From Enoplolaimus lenunculus (taxonomy: Eukaryota): a stretch of 64,000 bases of DNA. Below, one piece after another: positions 23,701-36,314 of this stretch. Both the position numbers and the translations under genes were made by a program. How positions within the stretch are numbered: position 1 is the first letter of the stretch; each line of letters opens with the position of its first letter. The stretch covers positions 744,001-808,000 of the forward strand of contig JASANG010001414.1 of the NCBI GenBank assembly GCA_030248215.1. The letters are read 5' to 3'. The notes below the pieces were generated by a model that did no database searches, had not been told where the DNA came from, and saw only the letters and a program-made list of their open reading frames with translations.

Positions 23701-26700
23701 CGTTTTGCACCCTGATGCACAAGCTATAATCGACTATGTATATTTGAAGTATTTGTGTACCAACCCCCTAAACGAAAATCCCGGCTACACCCATGAAATA
23801 AGAGCGAATTCTGACATTTCGTGATGGAATCATCGGTTTGTTTCCATACAAAGCTTAGATTGGTCATTGGTATACATCAATTTAACGATTTTGTCAAAAC
23901 TTTCTTCTCGTTGTTTAGACCCCTCTTACGTGAAAATCCAAGCTGCATGCCTACCAGCTTACTAGAATTGATGGGTAACATAAATGTTTATTAACCAAAT
24001 CCAAATAAAATAAGTACTAAACTTACTATTGAGTCATCGGTTCCAAATTTTTGAACGTAATTCGGAACGTACGACGGTGACATACCAATAAGACCATTGG
24101 GAAAACTGTAGTTGTGTCGCATGACCTAAAACAGAAAAATTAAAATCTAAAAATGATGGAATATTAACTTTTTGATTATTTTGAATAAACATTTCAAATC
24201 GAATGATTATTAATACACGAAATGTAGAAGCAAACCAGTAACAAATCCGACCATCATATTTATCGGCGATGCTAAACATGAACGAAAAACAAGCAAATAT
24301 AAACATAGCGGCCCATGCTATTTTTAAGGCCATTACGGTTTCTGGTGGGAATATAAAAGTGCAGGCTTAAACTTTAGGCTGCATTTATTGCTTAGGTTTA
24401 GGTTTAAGCTTACGCTTACCGTTAGGTTTACACTGTTTTAACGTTTAGTCCTAGGATCAGGGTTCGGAATTTGCATAATCTACTGTTTCGGCCCTAAAAG
24501 TAATATTGGTAACATAGCTAGTATTAGGCCTATGAAAAATAGGAACCGCCAACTGTATAAAAAATCTTTGAAGCTTCTATACTTTAATATCCGTTTTCCG
24601 TTTCCGTTGTTTAATGTCCTATTCACACGTGCAAGTATTTTTATCAAAACTCGCAACTGCAACTTGCACTACCTAGGTTAGGCTTTGGAATATGCATAGT
24701 CTACGTTTACGGCCTTAAAAATCTTATTGGTAACATAGCTAGTATTAGTCCTATGAAAAATAGGAACCGCTAACTGTATAAAACATCTTTGAAGCTTCTA
24801 TATTTTAATATCCGTTTACCGTCTCCGTTGTTTTATGTCCTATTCACAAGTGCAAGTATTTTAATCAAAACTCGCAACTGCAACTTGCATTAAATACTTA
24901 AAGATGCAAGTATTTGCAAGAGTACATCACTTTCATTCTGAATATTGACATGAATTTTTATATGAATAACTTGCCGACAACGGCTTTAAATATCAAGCAG
25001 ATGCTAAAATTTATCAGTTCAGTCAAAAAGGATGAATCAGTTTCATGTGCAAGGTTATTCAAAGTTAAGAATTAATTCTTGATGCCTACTCATAAATAAT
25101 TTGCAGCTGCAAGTTATTGGATTGAATTTTCGGACCATGTTACCATAAAGGCCGTCCCAATTTCCCGGGACGCCAATATAACCCGAGTGCACACTTATGT
25201 GTTCCTATTTACATATGCACGTAGGATATATATCTGTCCCATTTGTCCCAACTGTCCCAACTGTCCCATCTGTCCCAAGTGTCCCATCTGTCCCAAGTGT
25301 CCGAACTGTCCCATCTGTCCCAACTGTCCCATATGTCCCGCTGTCCTATCTGTCCCATCTGTTCCAACTGTCCCATCTGTCCCAAGTGTCCCATCTGTCC
25401 TAACTGTCCCAACTGTCCCATCTGTTCCAACTGTCCCATCTGTTCCAAGTGTCCCATCTGTCCCAACTGTCCCATCTGTCCCAAGTGTCCCAACTGTCCA
25501 ATCCGTCCCAAGTGTCCCACCTGTCCCATCTATCCCAACTGCCTAACCGTCCCATCTGTCCCATCAGTCCCTGTCCCATCTGTCCCAACTGTCCCAGTTG
25601 TCCCAACTGTCCCATCTGTATCACTGTCTCATCTGTCCGAACTGTCCCACTGTCCCAATTATATTTTGAATGTACTCCTGGTACATTTCTGTCCCGGGAA
25701 AAATGGGATGGCCTTTAAAGTAACATTGGCCGAATTTTCTAACAAACATTCAGCTGCAAGATTCAGCTGCAAAAAACGCAAAATTTCATGACTTGAAAAG
25801 GCTTCCATACCGATACACTTTCCGCTGAGCACTTAAAAATAAACCTAATCCTGTCACCACTGCGGTAGACTGCGGAATATCAAACAAGTTTGATATTTGA
25901 ATTAATTCAAGCTTCTTGATTAAATTCAAAAGTCCGAATTTATTCAAGAAGGGCTCAGCAACACAGCTTTAGATTGAACAATCAAAATGCAGGTACAAGA
26001 ATGGCATGAATTTCAATGAATTATTTGCATCTGCAAGAAATTCAAATCTGCTTTGTGACCAAATTTGCGGGCGCAAGTTTTTCTTGCAAAAACTTGCACG
26101 TGTGAATATGGCTTTAATCACTATCCGTTTCCGTTATTTTTACTATCCGTTTACATCCTGCTATAGCTTCAATTGTTGTTCGGGTTAACCCAAATAATTA
26201 ATAGCACAACAAAAGTTTCAACTAATCATATTCCAAATTCCAACAAAAAAACGTTTGTATTCAGTTTTCGGCCCCCAAGTTACTTTAAGGGGCGTCCAGG
26301 TTTCTGGTGGGTCTATAAAAGAGGAGTTTTAGATTCTAGATTACATTTTTTGCTTAGGCTTAGGCTTAAGCTTAGAAACATATTTTTTGCAACGCTTAGG
26401 CTTAGGCTTAGGAACACGCTTAAGCTACTGTTACGCCCCTAAAAGTAACATTGGGCCAGTTTTCTGTAACAGTAAGGTATTTTAGGCGGCCCTGAACATC
26501 CATTGGTGTTGTTTAGGAAACAGATCAATTGCCAACTGTTACAAATAGTTGTTCAAGACACCAAAACATATTTGTCTTGCTTACACAACCGGTAACTTCA
26601 GACGATAGAATCCACGCCCATCCTTCAGTCATCATATCCATATATGCAGCAAATTTGAGAAGTACGAGCGATTTTTCGCAATCAGTCCACAATACACAAA

Positions 26701-29700
26701 CTCGAACTTCTGAAACTGGCATACCAGCTGGAACAGTTTAACCAATAGCGATTCTCCAATCAGCAACTATATTAACATTGGCGAATCTAATTGGTGGACG
26801 CTCTGACTTAATAATATGCATTCATACATAGAACGGCCATGTTACTTTTAGGAGCGTCCAAGTTTCTGGTGGGTCTATAAAAGAGTACGTTTATATTCTA
26901 AATTACATTTTTCTTTGCTTTTGCTTAGGCTTAGGCTTAGGCTTAGGAACGCATTTTTGCAACGCTTAGGCTTAGGCTTAGTCTTAGGAATCCGCTAAGT
27001 CTACTGTTACGCCCCTTAAAGTAACATTGGCCCATAGAACAAAATGCAAAATTTTATCTCAAATTTTAGTACTAAAATTGAGCTTGGCATATCGCTAATT
27101 TTATGATCTCTGCGATCAGAAATTTTAAATCGGAAGCTAAATATCACAAAACAAGCCAACTTTAGCATAGTGGAGCTACACTTCCTATAGATCTGTACTG
27201 CAGTGACACGAATAAGAGGGGGTAATAAAAGGGGATTCCCATTATGAGTCCCAATCATCAGTAATCCGTATCCCTAATAAGAGTTCGTGAGCGGATACAG
27301 TCTCTAAACCCTAACTAGAGTCCATAAATGTCAATTATCCCTGATTGTAGTGCATAAAAGACTCCAGGACCAAATAAAGTTGAGTTCGAAACTTTAAAGC
27401 ATGCTTAAGTTTGAAAGTACATTCCTAGTATAACCTTGCATCTTAACCAATTAAGCTTTGGATACAAAACAAATAAACGGTTAATTCAAGGGATCGTTGC
27501 AATACCGGATATCTATCAGTAACGAACGGCGGCGGAGAGCGCGTTAAAATAAACAACAGTTCCGCAACCGAATAACAGGGGGTACCCTCTTTACAAGCAA
27601 AATAAATATCAGTCCCCCCTTTTATTCGAGGTCACTACAGTAGATATGTTTGTGACGAAATGTTTAATTTTTCATAGAATTCATTCTTTTTAAGATTACA
27701 AACATTACTTACTTGTACGTGCCATGGCATAGCTCAGAGTACTTGATTTGAGGGTCGAATTTCAAGACATCTTCTTAAACGCTTGGTGTGCGTATTAAAT
27801 TTATCCCAGTAGGTTTGGTTTAATTTAAATTTTAAAAACACTTTGAATACCTGAATCTTGTATTTTAGCAAGTTCATCTGAAAATTGACCCCGGTCGGTG
27901 ACGTTAAACAGTTTTGTAATAATGCGAGCACTCGACGCTTTGGTCAAAAATGAATTCACTTGATCGAGATCTGAAATTTAAATTCAAGTGTTAAATAATT
28001 ACTGCAGTTTTGCCTTTGGTTTAAATATATTTCTATGAAAAAGTCGCATATTTGTGTTCAACTGTTTATGAAACATTACTGCCAATGTAAAGAACAGGGG
28101 CGAGTCAGTATTATAAGCATATTCTTAAGCCTAAGCCTAAGCCTAAGCCAAGCAAAAACATTAGTCTAAAGCTTAAGCTTACTTTGTTGCAGTTTAACAA
28201 AAAAACGTTCCGTCCCCGATCTTTACATGGGCCAACATTTTACGCACCATTGCGGGTAAATGCATACTGTGCTTGCTTAACTCAACTACGCATTTCGAAA
28301 CCTACAACACTTCCGAAAACGAAGTGACGGCTCCAATTGGTCGTTTTTTGGTTGTAATTTTAAGTAACACAAAATAATAAATAAAATTAAATTTTCGACT
28401 ACGGAATTAATAGGCATGGTGAGGTATTCGAATATAAAGTTCAGCACAAAATAAAGTTCATTTATAACCGTGTTCGTGGTGATTTTTGTAGTTTAGAAAC
28501 CTTTTTCGGCATAATCAAAGTCAAAGTTTATAGACAGGAACATAGCGAGTTCATTTTGGCAATATACCACTTCATTTAAAAAATTTTTGCTTGCCAGCAT
28601 AGAGAACAAAACTTTTTTATATTTTTTACCCTATAATATGGCAAATTTCTCCTAAATCCTACACGAGTACATTTTTTCTTTTCTTTTGCGTAGTTACAGG
28701 AAGAGTATATCCTACATATCACTATTTTTGCATACGCCCGTGATTAGAGTACACACAAAATAAATTGTGTTATATATTCAAGAATTATTGTCTAAAATTT
28801 AGGATAAATATGGTTTAATACTGTCACAAAAAATATATGTCTTGAATTCCACACTTTTATTACTGTACTTTTTTCAGAAATATTTTGTCTTGAAAATTTC
28901 AGAAATTAAGCGTTTTGAAGTTTCAAGACAGTTCTTTTGAATGTAGGGCCATTCGGTGCATTCGAAACAACATACAGACACTTCAGTAAATTGTTTACAC
29001 TTATAAACGAATATGGGTTTCAGTAGATCCACGCACCTTGAAATATAGAATCGACAACTAAACCGATGTAAGGCCACTTGAAATTTCGAACGAAAGCAAT
29101 CACAATATCCGCTTCTAAATTTGTCGCCGGATACGTGTCAAACAGATATCTTCTAAAATTATTACTTGTACTTGTACTAAAATGAAATAAAACTCTCATG
29201 AATTGTACACAGTAAAACACTGTGTCAGGATTATGTAGCAACTAGAGTCTCAACTATCCATTTGAACTTATTCTAAAATTTGAATTTTATTTTTAATTTT
29301 ATCGATAAATCAACATTTTGACTTTTGAATTTACCTAATTTCATTCCTATTATCTGGTGAATTTCACGCTACGTTTAGTTCGGTAACCATTTTGGTTTCT
29401 GTCTGTATTAATATAACAAGCTTCGTAGTTGTGTATCTAAAGCAAAGCGCTTAGGGTTTTTTATTGAATTTGTCTTGTCCAATCGAAATGTGAATATGGA
29501 ATTTTTTTCCAGCACATATATTTAAATATCCTGTCATAAGCAGGGTCGAAACGGGACCGTAGCCAAAATGAGGGGGCAGGAGGGCTCTGCCCCCCTGGAA
29601 AATTTTGGGCCTTCCTAGAAAGTTTTCAACCTTGCTTGTAACTCATTGAAAACACTTGAATGCTGCCCCTCCTGAAAATTTTTTAGCCTTCCTGGCAAGT

Positions 29701-32074
29701 TGAGCTGGCTACGGGCCTGGGTCGAAACCGTGGTTATGTCCTCTTTACCCTTCTTAACTGTATTGACCCGAATAAGAGGGGGGGCGTGGGTTAAAAATAA
29801 ATAACTGTCCGTAACCGAATAACAAGGGGGGTACCCTCTGGAGAGGCCAAATAAATATCAATCTTCCCCTCTTATTCAGGTCAATACAGTACCCAGAATG
29901 TGTACTACACCCTAGAGTCCCGCAAACTTACGACCGTGTTAACACTTGTGATTTATCATAGATAATTTGTGGTATTTTCAAATACTGAAGGAGCGGATGT
30001 ATGCGTTGTGCAGCTATGATATCCAGTGGTCCAAGGACGGCAATGTAGTTTCCAGATGCCAGCTGGCAGGCTATAAATTATTCTGAAGTTACCAGGTTTA
30101 CGGCTCATTAAAGATCAGTGGCGGAACGTTTTTCTGCTGGACGACTGCAAATGAGTAAGCTAAGCATTACAGACCAATTTTTTTGCTTAGACTTAGGCTT
30201 ATTCTTCGGCTTAGGTATAAGCTCATTCTTACGCTTTAGGCTGATTCAAGATTAGGTTTTTAGGAATAGTCTTATATTATTGCTGCGGCCCTGCACTGTA
30301 TATTGAATAGCATAGATCATTCCTTCATATTAAAAAAGGTTTGTTTTTGAATTTCACAAAATTTTCCATTGAAAAGTTCGGTCTTGACCACAAGCCAGGG
30401 AATCATCGTAAGCCTAGTGGCGTACATAAAATTATGACTCGTCGAGGCAGAAGACGGAAATGACAAACCGCTAACGAAAACTTAACGACCCCATGGCAAT
30501 CAGTTTAGATAGCATCAATAAAAGACAAACCTCGCCCAATATTAAGCAATCTAAGGAAAATGTGTTCTTGTAAAGATCAGAGGCGAAACGTTTTTGTGCG
30601 AAACTGCAACAAATAAGCTTAAACTTAAGCTCGGGCTAAGATGTAAGCTCATTCTTACGCTTATACTATGGCTTAAACTTTAGGCTACAGCTCAGGAATA
30701 TGATTGTACTATTGTTACGGCCCTGTTCTATAAACTGATCAAAATTGTAATGCCGCATGAGGTAAGAATTGAAACACAAAAATGCTTGGTTTCTGAAATC
30801 TTACTTAAGTATTTACTTAAGTTATACTATAAGTAATTACTTAAGTCACCGACTTAATTAATTACTTAACTTTTTGAACAAAAACAAACAAACGCCTATG
30901 TCAGCTATTAATTGTCATAACGAGGAAGTAATAGTTTCGCTTTATATTAATGCACACTCCATGAGTCTTCGATTTCAATTAAACCAAGGTTAGTACGACT
31001 AACTGTTACTTTGTAATGTATCAAAATTAGTCAGCGACGCAAGTATTTACTTAACTTAATAGTACGCTTTTAAAAACAACAAAATGGTTAAGATTTACTT
31101 AGCACATACTTAAGTACTAAGTTGTACTTAAGTAGGGTTTTGAAATCGAAGCCATTGCCCTTATATGAAACCTACAATTATAATATGCGTCAAAAATTGA
31201 GTCAGGTGAAATTTCTTTATGTTCAAGTTGTATTTCGTTTGCAACATTTTCATCTTGAGCAGTGATCGCTTCGAACGCATCATCAATTTCTTGTTTGAAG
31301 TATTGCTTGGCATCATTTGAAAATACAGCTGAAACTGTTCTAAATTCTATTTTAAACTCAACCAAACTCGGCACTACGCGGCATGGTACAACCAGAGGTC
31401 TGCCTCCAGCTCCGGCTGCGGCAGAAAATCCTCCTCCGGCTCTGGTATAATTTTTGAAGGAGGTTCTGGCAATTTCGGTAGTAAAAGTTTGCATAATTTT
31501 TCTAAATTTATCTGTTTAGCGCGTTTCGATTGACTTTTGTCACAGTTTTCAGGAAAGAACTGCCGAAATTTGGCAGAAAATTAGCGTAAAACCAAACAAC
31601 TTAACAACATTTTGCAAAAAATATTGGCTAAAATTAACTAGTTAACCATTATTTTTACTACCTAATTTCACTTTACCTCCGGCTCTGGCTACGACTCCGG
31701 TATTTTTCACCTCCGGTTGCACCCTGTTACGCGGCGTAGCGGTGATTATTTTACCTTCTAAGCTGAAATCTTTTGACAGCCGCTAAACAAAGTTTGTGCT
31801 AGTAGTATAGAGATACTGAATAAAATTGAAATATCACCAAAAATCAGAATATTACGTTTTTTCAACTGTATGCTGACAGTCTTGAGTTTGTTTCAACTAT
31901 GCGCTGTTCTGGGTCACGTTCAATATTGCTGAAATCTGTGTATATTAACTGCCTGAGGTATACTTTTTCAATATTCATATTCGCCAAAAAGCATTTACCG
32001 ATAGAGTAACGTTTTCCAGTGCAACTAAATGGCAACAACGCAATAAAGCAATAAGCTGCAGTTGATAATAACAT
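8795..32074 (-). CDS. Ionotropic glutamate receptor family subunit (signal peptide, ATD, S1, M1-M3, S2, M4, long C-tail). Exons 32074(or 32119)-31999, 31328-31176, 30070-29932, 29152-29037, 27970-27851, 26709-26585, 24125-24027, 23337-23152, 22443-22378, 21762-21681, 20831-20688, 20141-20005, [19472-19198 OR 18383-18106], 15651-15643, 14997-14864, 14450-14301, 13828-13695, 12967-12753, 11877-11792, 10242-10139, 9448-8795
   Basis: Phase-consistent splicing gives ATD (IAVLGP...LKIPQI, FKWPYIGLV, GWAWIL) and S1 (GLVIDLFERLSQEIGF...DGLWG...WTGIFGDL). It also gives M2 (NSVWASWTCLFKQG), M3 (SSYTANMAAVF), S2 (YAFIYDKPILDY...KPCDL...YGFALPKNSP) and M4 (GVFFIIYFLVMISIFILMAE). Confidence 0.93.
10246..11337. 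repeat. 68-bp AT-rich tandem array, ~16 copies
   Basis: cagaaa.taatatttc recurs at 10384, 10452, 10520 and onward (period 68). Confidence 0.95.
11575..11771. mobile_element. Merlin-type MITE, subfamily A
   Basis: Same TIR; perfect TSD aattaaat; internal (TTAGGC)n. Confidence 0.85.
15996..16438. repeat. 74-bp tandem array, 6 copies
   Basis: atgtcggtttgacaccc at 16003, 16076, 16150, 16224 and onward; no spacers. Confidence 0.95.
18106..18383 (-). CDS. iGluR alternative exon 13B, paralogous to 13A, 278 nt
   Basis: TTTCAG|CGTTGT...GAAAG|GTGCTA; encodes RCDLSAATTTITESRQSEFEFAVEF...LWLVLLGTIFAVAIWIAFANKASPY...HDME(R); same phases as 13A. Confidence 0.85.
18769..19059. repeat. Alternating 39/40-bp tandem array, ~7 units
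   Basis: accaatcatt at 18821, 18860, 18900, 18939, 18979, 19018. Confidence 0.9.
19198..19472 (-). CDS. iGluR alternative exon 13A (S1 C-terminal half, pre-M1, M1), 275 nt
   Basis: TTCAG|CGTTGC...GGCAG|GTCTGT; encodes RCDLGTGILAISEQRIHEFDFTSNW...LWFAVIATTFITGVCFSLIDKLSPF...HDLG(R); phase 0 to phase 2. Confidence 0.85.
24487..24890. repeat. ~220-bp direct tandem duplication
   Basis: tattggtaacatagctagtattag...aaaactcgcaactgcaacttgca is present twice. Confidence 0.85.
24836..26113. mobile_element. PIF/Harbinger-like repeat (CCTATTCACACGTGCAAG termini) interrupted by the 600-bp Merlin-type element; related copy ~620-920
   Basis: Inverted ends ...TATTCACA(A/C)GTGCAAG / CTTGCACGTGTGAATA...; internal gcaactgcaacttgca motifs. 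Confidence 0.5.
25132..25731. mobile_element. 600-bp Merlin-type element carrying a TGTCCCA(A/T)C 9-mer array
   Basis: GGACCATGTTAC...TAAAGTAACATTGGCC with perfect TSD gaattttc; array at ~25234-25660. Confidence 0.85.
26835..27032. mobile_element. Merlin-type MITE, subfamily A. Further family copies at 4143-4316, 7362-7500, 9823-10030, 12116-12306, 12418-12593, 13233-13422, 26270-26456, 28080-28233, 30102-30305, 32604-32816, 38878-39070, 61177-61347
   Basis: Perfect TSD catagaac here. Others: cagttttc (26270), aaataacc/aaataaca (12418), caaattgc/caaatttc (32604), aaagactg/aaagacgg (61177). Confidence 0.85.
27198..27640. mobile_element. ~440-bp TA-flanked MITE (Tc2/pogo-like termini); inverted copy 46313-46746, short derivative 29758-29889, partial at 61771
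   Basis: TA|CTG(C/T)AGTGAC.CGAATAAGAGGGG...TTATTCGAGGTCACTACAG|TA; internal sequence shared with 46313-46746. Confidence 0.7.
29552..29719. mobile_element. hAT-type MITE (C.GG.CCGTAGCCA...TGGCTACGGGCCTG); related copies near 1160-1321, 2093-2265, 2330-2487, 16840-16990, 22950-23113
   Basis: Perfect 8-bp TSD ggtcgaaa; shared internal motif aaaattttcaac.ttgcttgtaagtcat.gaaaa. Confidence 0.7.
30783..31152. mobile_element. AT-rich MITE with TACTTAAGTA motifs; related sequence 21060-21600
   Basis: Imperfect TIR gcttggtttctgaaatcttacttaagta / tacttaagtagggttttgaaatcgaagc. Confidence 0.5.
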
Positions 32075-33613
32075 AAATACGGTATTTTCAACAGTTTTGT
32101 ATTCCCATATATTTTTCATAGTCGCAAGGTAAAACTGTTTTGTTAATTAAGACATATGCATTGAGAATAGCTATTGTTTCGGATGTGTTTGTATATAACA
32201 CCAAAGTACTACAGCTTTTCAAAAAGCAGTTTTTTTAATATTGTTGACTTAATATGAAGGGACCAGCAAACAATTTAGCTTAGAGCCGAAGAAGCCTTAG
32301 ACCAGCTGCACACATGTGCAACAACGTGTACTAGTTTATTTTTTGCAGAAGCTAAAACAACACGACACAAGCGCCAGTGTTCTCATTCTGTACGCTCGAA
32401 CTATAAAGCTATTTGGTTTTAAACTCATGCATATTTTATTGGTTTACCTAAAGTAAGCCTAAGCCTAAGTCTAAACCGGAGCCTTCTAAGCCTATGAAGG
32501 AAGTCGACAAGAACCGAATGTCTGCTTTTATTCAAAACAATATAGTCGACTTTCAAACCGTTTTAGGTTTTAATTGTTAGACAGGGCACCTCTTACAAAT
32601 TGCGGCCAATGTAAAGAACAGGGGTGGGACAATATAAAACATATTCCTAAGCTTAAGTCTAAGCCTAAGCCTAAGCCTAAGCGTAACAATGAGTATATTC
32701 GTAAGCCTACGCCTAAAGCCTAAGCCGAAACCAAGTAAACCAAATTAGTCTAACCTTAAGCTTACTCTTTTCTACTCCCACAGAAAAAAGTTCTGCCCCT
32801 GATCTTTACATAGGCCCAAATTTCAAACAGTTTCAAAGTTAAGGTGATGCAAAATAGTAGCAATAAACGAGCGAGAACTCAATAAATTATTAAAAATCAC
32901 TTTATGTCCAAGTTGACAAATATCGTCTATGCTAGGTATATTGAAACTGTACCCTAATCAAACAAAAAAGGTTACTATAGCTCAAACCGCGCACTTCACT
33001 TTTTTTCTACCATTGATATAGAGCCTAATTAGCATACTTGGTTCGTGAAACACAATATCAAACGTCTCAGGTGAGAGTAGAAATTTTTACAACAGCCTGC
33101 ATGCAAACCGTTTGTTTAAAAACTTTTGTTTGCAAGAAACGTTTAGATGACTTAGAGATGTACTGCCGCCAGTGTCGTTGCAGGCAGAGGTGGGGTTCCC
33201 CTAAAATTCCAGGGTGGGGGCCCCAAACTCGAGAGTGAAGCGAGCGAGAAGCCAGACGCATTTTAAAACTTAAGCGGTTTTCGTTTCAACCGGTTAGGAT
33301 GGGGGACCCATTAGGCGTGTGCTCCCCTGTAGATGGCTGTGTCCGTCTTTAAAATATTTCAAACTAAACACTAAAGCAAATCTAAAACCAATCCCTAAAT
33401 ATCACCCTACTTAGTATTGGGACCGCCGTATGAACATTTGCAACGCTAGTTACCAACTGCGGGTGTCAAAAATTATAGTAGTTGGGAATTAGTAAATTCA
33501 AAATTGCCCATGCGGTTAATTGATTTTCAAACTGTATGAAGATATATTAAACATGTTTTATTGTAAAATTTTATAGAAAAATATAACTCGAGCTCTCAAA
33601 ATGTGCAAATTAA

Positions 33614-35224
33614 CCCTCTCACTCATAGAGTATACTATGATCAACTAAATACAATAATGTACGAGCAATACACACACTGTGAGCAGTGTTTAACATTTAT
33701 AACACATATGCGCAGTGCAAAATCTCCACAAGATGTAAGAGCCTACTCGGGCTCGAGCGTCAAGCACCTATAGCTCAGTGGTCATCGTAAACGCCTCCCA
33801 TCCGTGAGACTGGGGATAGAATTTTACCTTGAAATTACATATCATATGAAATTGAAAATATTCATGTGAGAAAGGGCTAATGAAAAAATTCTTACTTAGT
33901 ATCTATAACCCTTTCACTCTTAGAGTATACTATGAGCAACTAAATACAATATTGTACGAGCAATACACACACTGTGAGCAGTGTTTAACATTTATAACAC
34001 ATATGCGTAGTGCAAAATCTCCACAAGACGTGAGAGCCTACTCGAGTTCTAGCGTTAAACTACTATAGCTCAGTGGTCATCGTACTTAAACGCCTCCCAC
34101 CCGTCAGACTGGGGATCGAATTTTACCTTGAAATTACATATCATATGAAATTGAAAATGTTCGTGTGACAAAGGGTTAAAGAATGGAACCGAATATTCGT
34201 TTCCGTCTCCGGTAAAAATCGGCGTCCGTCTGTTTTAGCTTCCGTTATTTTTACTACCCGTTTACGCCGTGATATATTGTCGGATTTGTTTAAAAATCGA
34301 ACTTTTGAAGCAATTTTGTTGAAAAACTGGGCCCATGTTACAATAAAGGCCGCTCGATTGTACCGGGACAGCAATATGTATATTAGGATTGCAAGCATAT
34401 GCACACACTGCAAAAAATGGTGAGTCAAACTGACTCTCTCCGAAATAGGCTTTTCCGGACTCCACATGCTGTGTCAAATTCGACTCCGCCTGAGTCAAAA
34501 TCGAATCACTGAACGATTCATTGAGTCGAATTTGACTCTGGCGGAGTCAAATTTCCACTCCGTTTGTGTAGTCCGGAAAAGCCTATTTCGGAGAGAGTCA
34601 ATATGACTCACCATTTTTTGCAGTGCACCTGTTTACATACGCACAGCCAAATATATACCTACCTATAATAAATATATAATATATGAAAATATATATTTGG
34701 TACTATAAGAATGTATTGTAGCAGGGGCAGCTTTTCCTTTTCTCGGGGGGCTGCAGCGCCCCTGGCCACCATATAAACTCAGAATGTTGCGTATGAGGGC
34801 CAGCGCAGTGGGGAAACAGCACCCCTGACCCCCTTTAAAAGGGACGCAAACGCGGAGCAGGATAAGTATTCCAATAATGAATTGCTTAGTGTGGGGGTTT
34901 AGGGGGTGATAGCCCCCCGGCCTGCTTTAGGATCCCCTGAACTTGTGGGGGGTCATAGGGGTGGTAGCCCCCTGAGAGTCCAATTAACCCTTTCTCACAT
35001 GAATATTTTCAATTGCAAATGAGACACAATTTCAAGGTAAGATTCGAACCCCAGTCTAACGGGTCGGAGACATTTACGATGACCACTAAGCTATAGGAGC
35101 TTGACGCTCGAGTCCGCTCACGTCTTGTTAAGGTTTTGTACTGCGCATATGTTAGAATTTTAAACGTGCTGCTCGTATATTATTGAATTTAGTTGCTCAT
35201 AGTATAATCTATAGAGTGAGAGGG
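33614..35224. mobile_element. Three ~260-bp piggyBac-type MITEs (33614-33876, 33909-34175, inverted 34988-35224) containing a tRNA-derived segment
   Basis: TTAA|CCCT...AGGG|TTAA termini (perfect at 34984-35228); internal TAGCTCAGTGG A-box and GGGTTCGAATC B-box. Confidence 0.75.
34406..34625. mobile_element. CACTG-terminated palindromic MITE (CMC/CACTA-Mirage type), rich in TGACTC/GAGTCA; other copies 4487-4697, 40832-41050, 45544-45767
   Basis: CACTGCAAAAAATGGTGAGTCA...TGACTCACCATTTTTTGCAGTG; 2-bp flanking repeats ca/ca here and ta/ta at 40832. Confidence 0.7.
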
Positions 35225-35267
35225 TTAACGAGAATCTTTCTATGTGGAGGAGCTTTTCCTTGTTCCC

Positions 35268-35637
35268 CCTGTCCTAACTGTCCCAACTGCCCCGCTGTCC
35301 AACTGTTCCAACTGTTCCGCTGTCCCAGCTATCGCAACTATCCCGCTGTACCAACTGTCCCGCTGTCCCAACTGCCCCTCTGTCCCAACTGTCCCAACTG
35401 TTGCGCCGTCCCAACAGTCCCAACTGTCCCAACTGTATCTCTGTCCCAACTGACCCAACTGTTGCGTCTTCCCAACTGTCCCAACTGTCCCGCTGTCCCA
35501 ACTGCCCCTCTGTCCCAACGGCCCCAACTGTTGCGCCGTCCCAACAGTTCCAAGTGTCCCAACTGTCCCTCTGTCCCAACTGTCCCAACTATTGCGCCAT
35601 CCGAACTGATCCGCTGTCCTAACTGTCCCGCTGTCCC
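35268..35637. repeat. TGTCCCAAC-type degenerate 9-mer array
   Basis: Same core unit as 25234-25660, without recognisable Merlin TIRs. Confidence 0.9.
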
Positions 35638-36314
35638 TTGTATAAGTTAGAGCTGTTTAGTTTGGCCTTTTTCTAGTCATAGTTACTTCCAATTCCGCAT
35701 GATATTAAAAACATTTCTTTTTTACATCTTGTTGACAAGGTGCAGGCGTAGGTTTCTTCTAGGAATATACTTGTACCACTACTTCGCATCTTGCAGTAAA
35801 ATTGAGAGCACTTTTTACCCTTAAAATACAAATGTGAAAGTCTCTACGCTCATAAATCATTTGTAACGTTTTACATAGCTAGTTGCTATAAATGTTACCT
35901 TTTATCTAGGTACAGCACTCTTCATCGGTTAGTCGTAAAATCCACGAAGTGAAGTCCAGCGATTCGAAAACTTGTAATATCCAGCCCATCATTGTGAGAT
36001 ATCTTAGTGGTATCATGTCTGACTAGTGTTGCTGATAGTCAGGAAATCGACATAGTTGATAAAGAAAGTGATATAGTAAAATGTATTGATTTCCGTTTCA
36101 CATAATTCATGACAAAACATAATCTTTTTGCTTTGGAAATGCATATACTTTTTTAAATTGTACATGGTACCCTGATTTTTTATGTCGCAGTTAGGCAAAC
36201 CGATTTGATACTGCACTTGTCGTCTTGGTTAATTAATTAAATGAAAAAGTTTGATTGATTTCTTTTGTAGAATTGCATGGCTTATTAAAGCTACGACACT
36301 CGAACATTTTCGCT

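Noticed and set aside
25187..25791. Cys/Pro-rich ORFs (CPNCPICP, GQLGQMGH), also at 35183-35650
   Set aside because: Open in nearly all frames because they translate a 9-mer satellite; the first lies inside a TIR/TSD-bounded element.
32600..32820. True telomere or chromosome-fusion scar
   Set aside because: TTAGGC tracts are short, occur in both orientations and are mostly bounded by TIRs and TSDs.
35036..35095. Functional tRNA gene
   Set aside because: A and B boxes are present, but no complete cloverleaf or acceptor stem could be drawn; it lies within a MITE.
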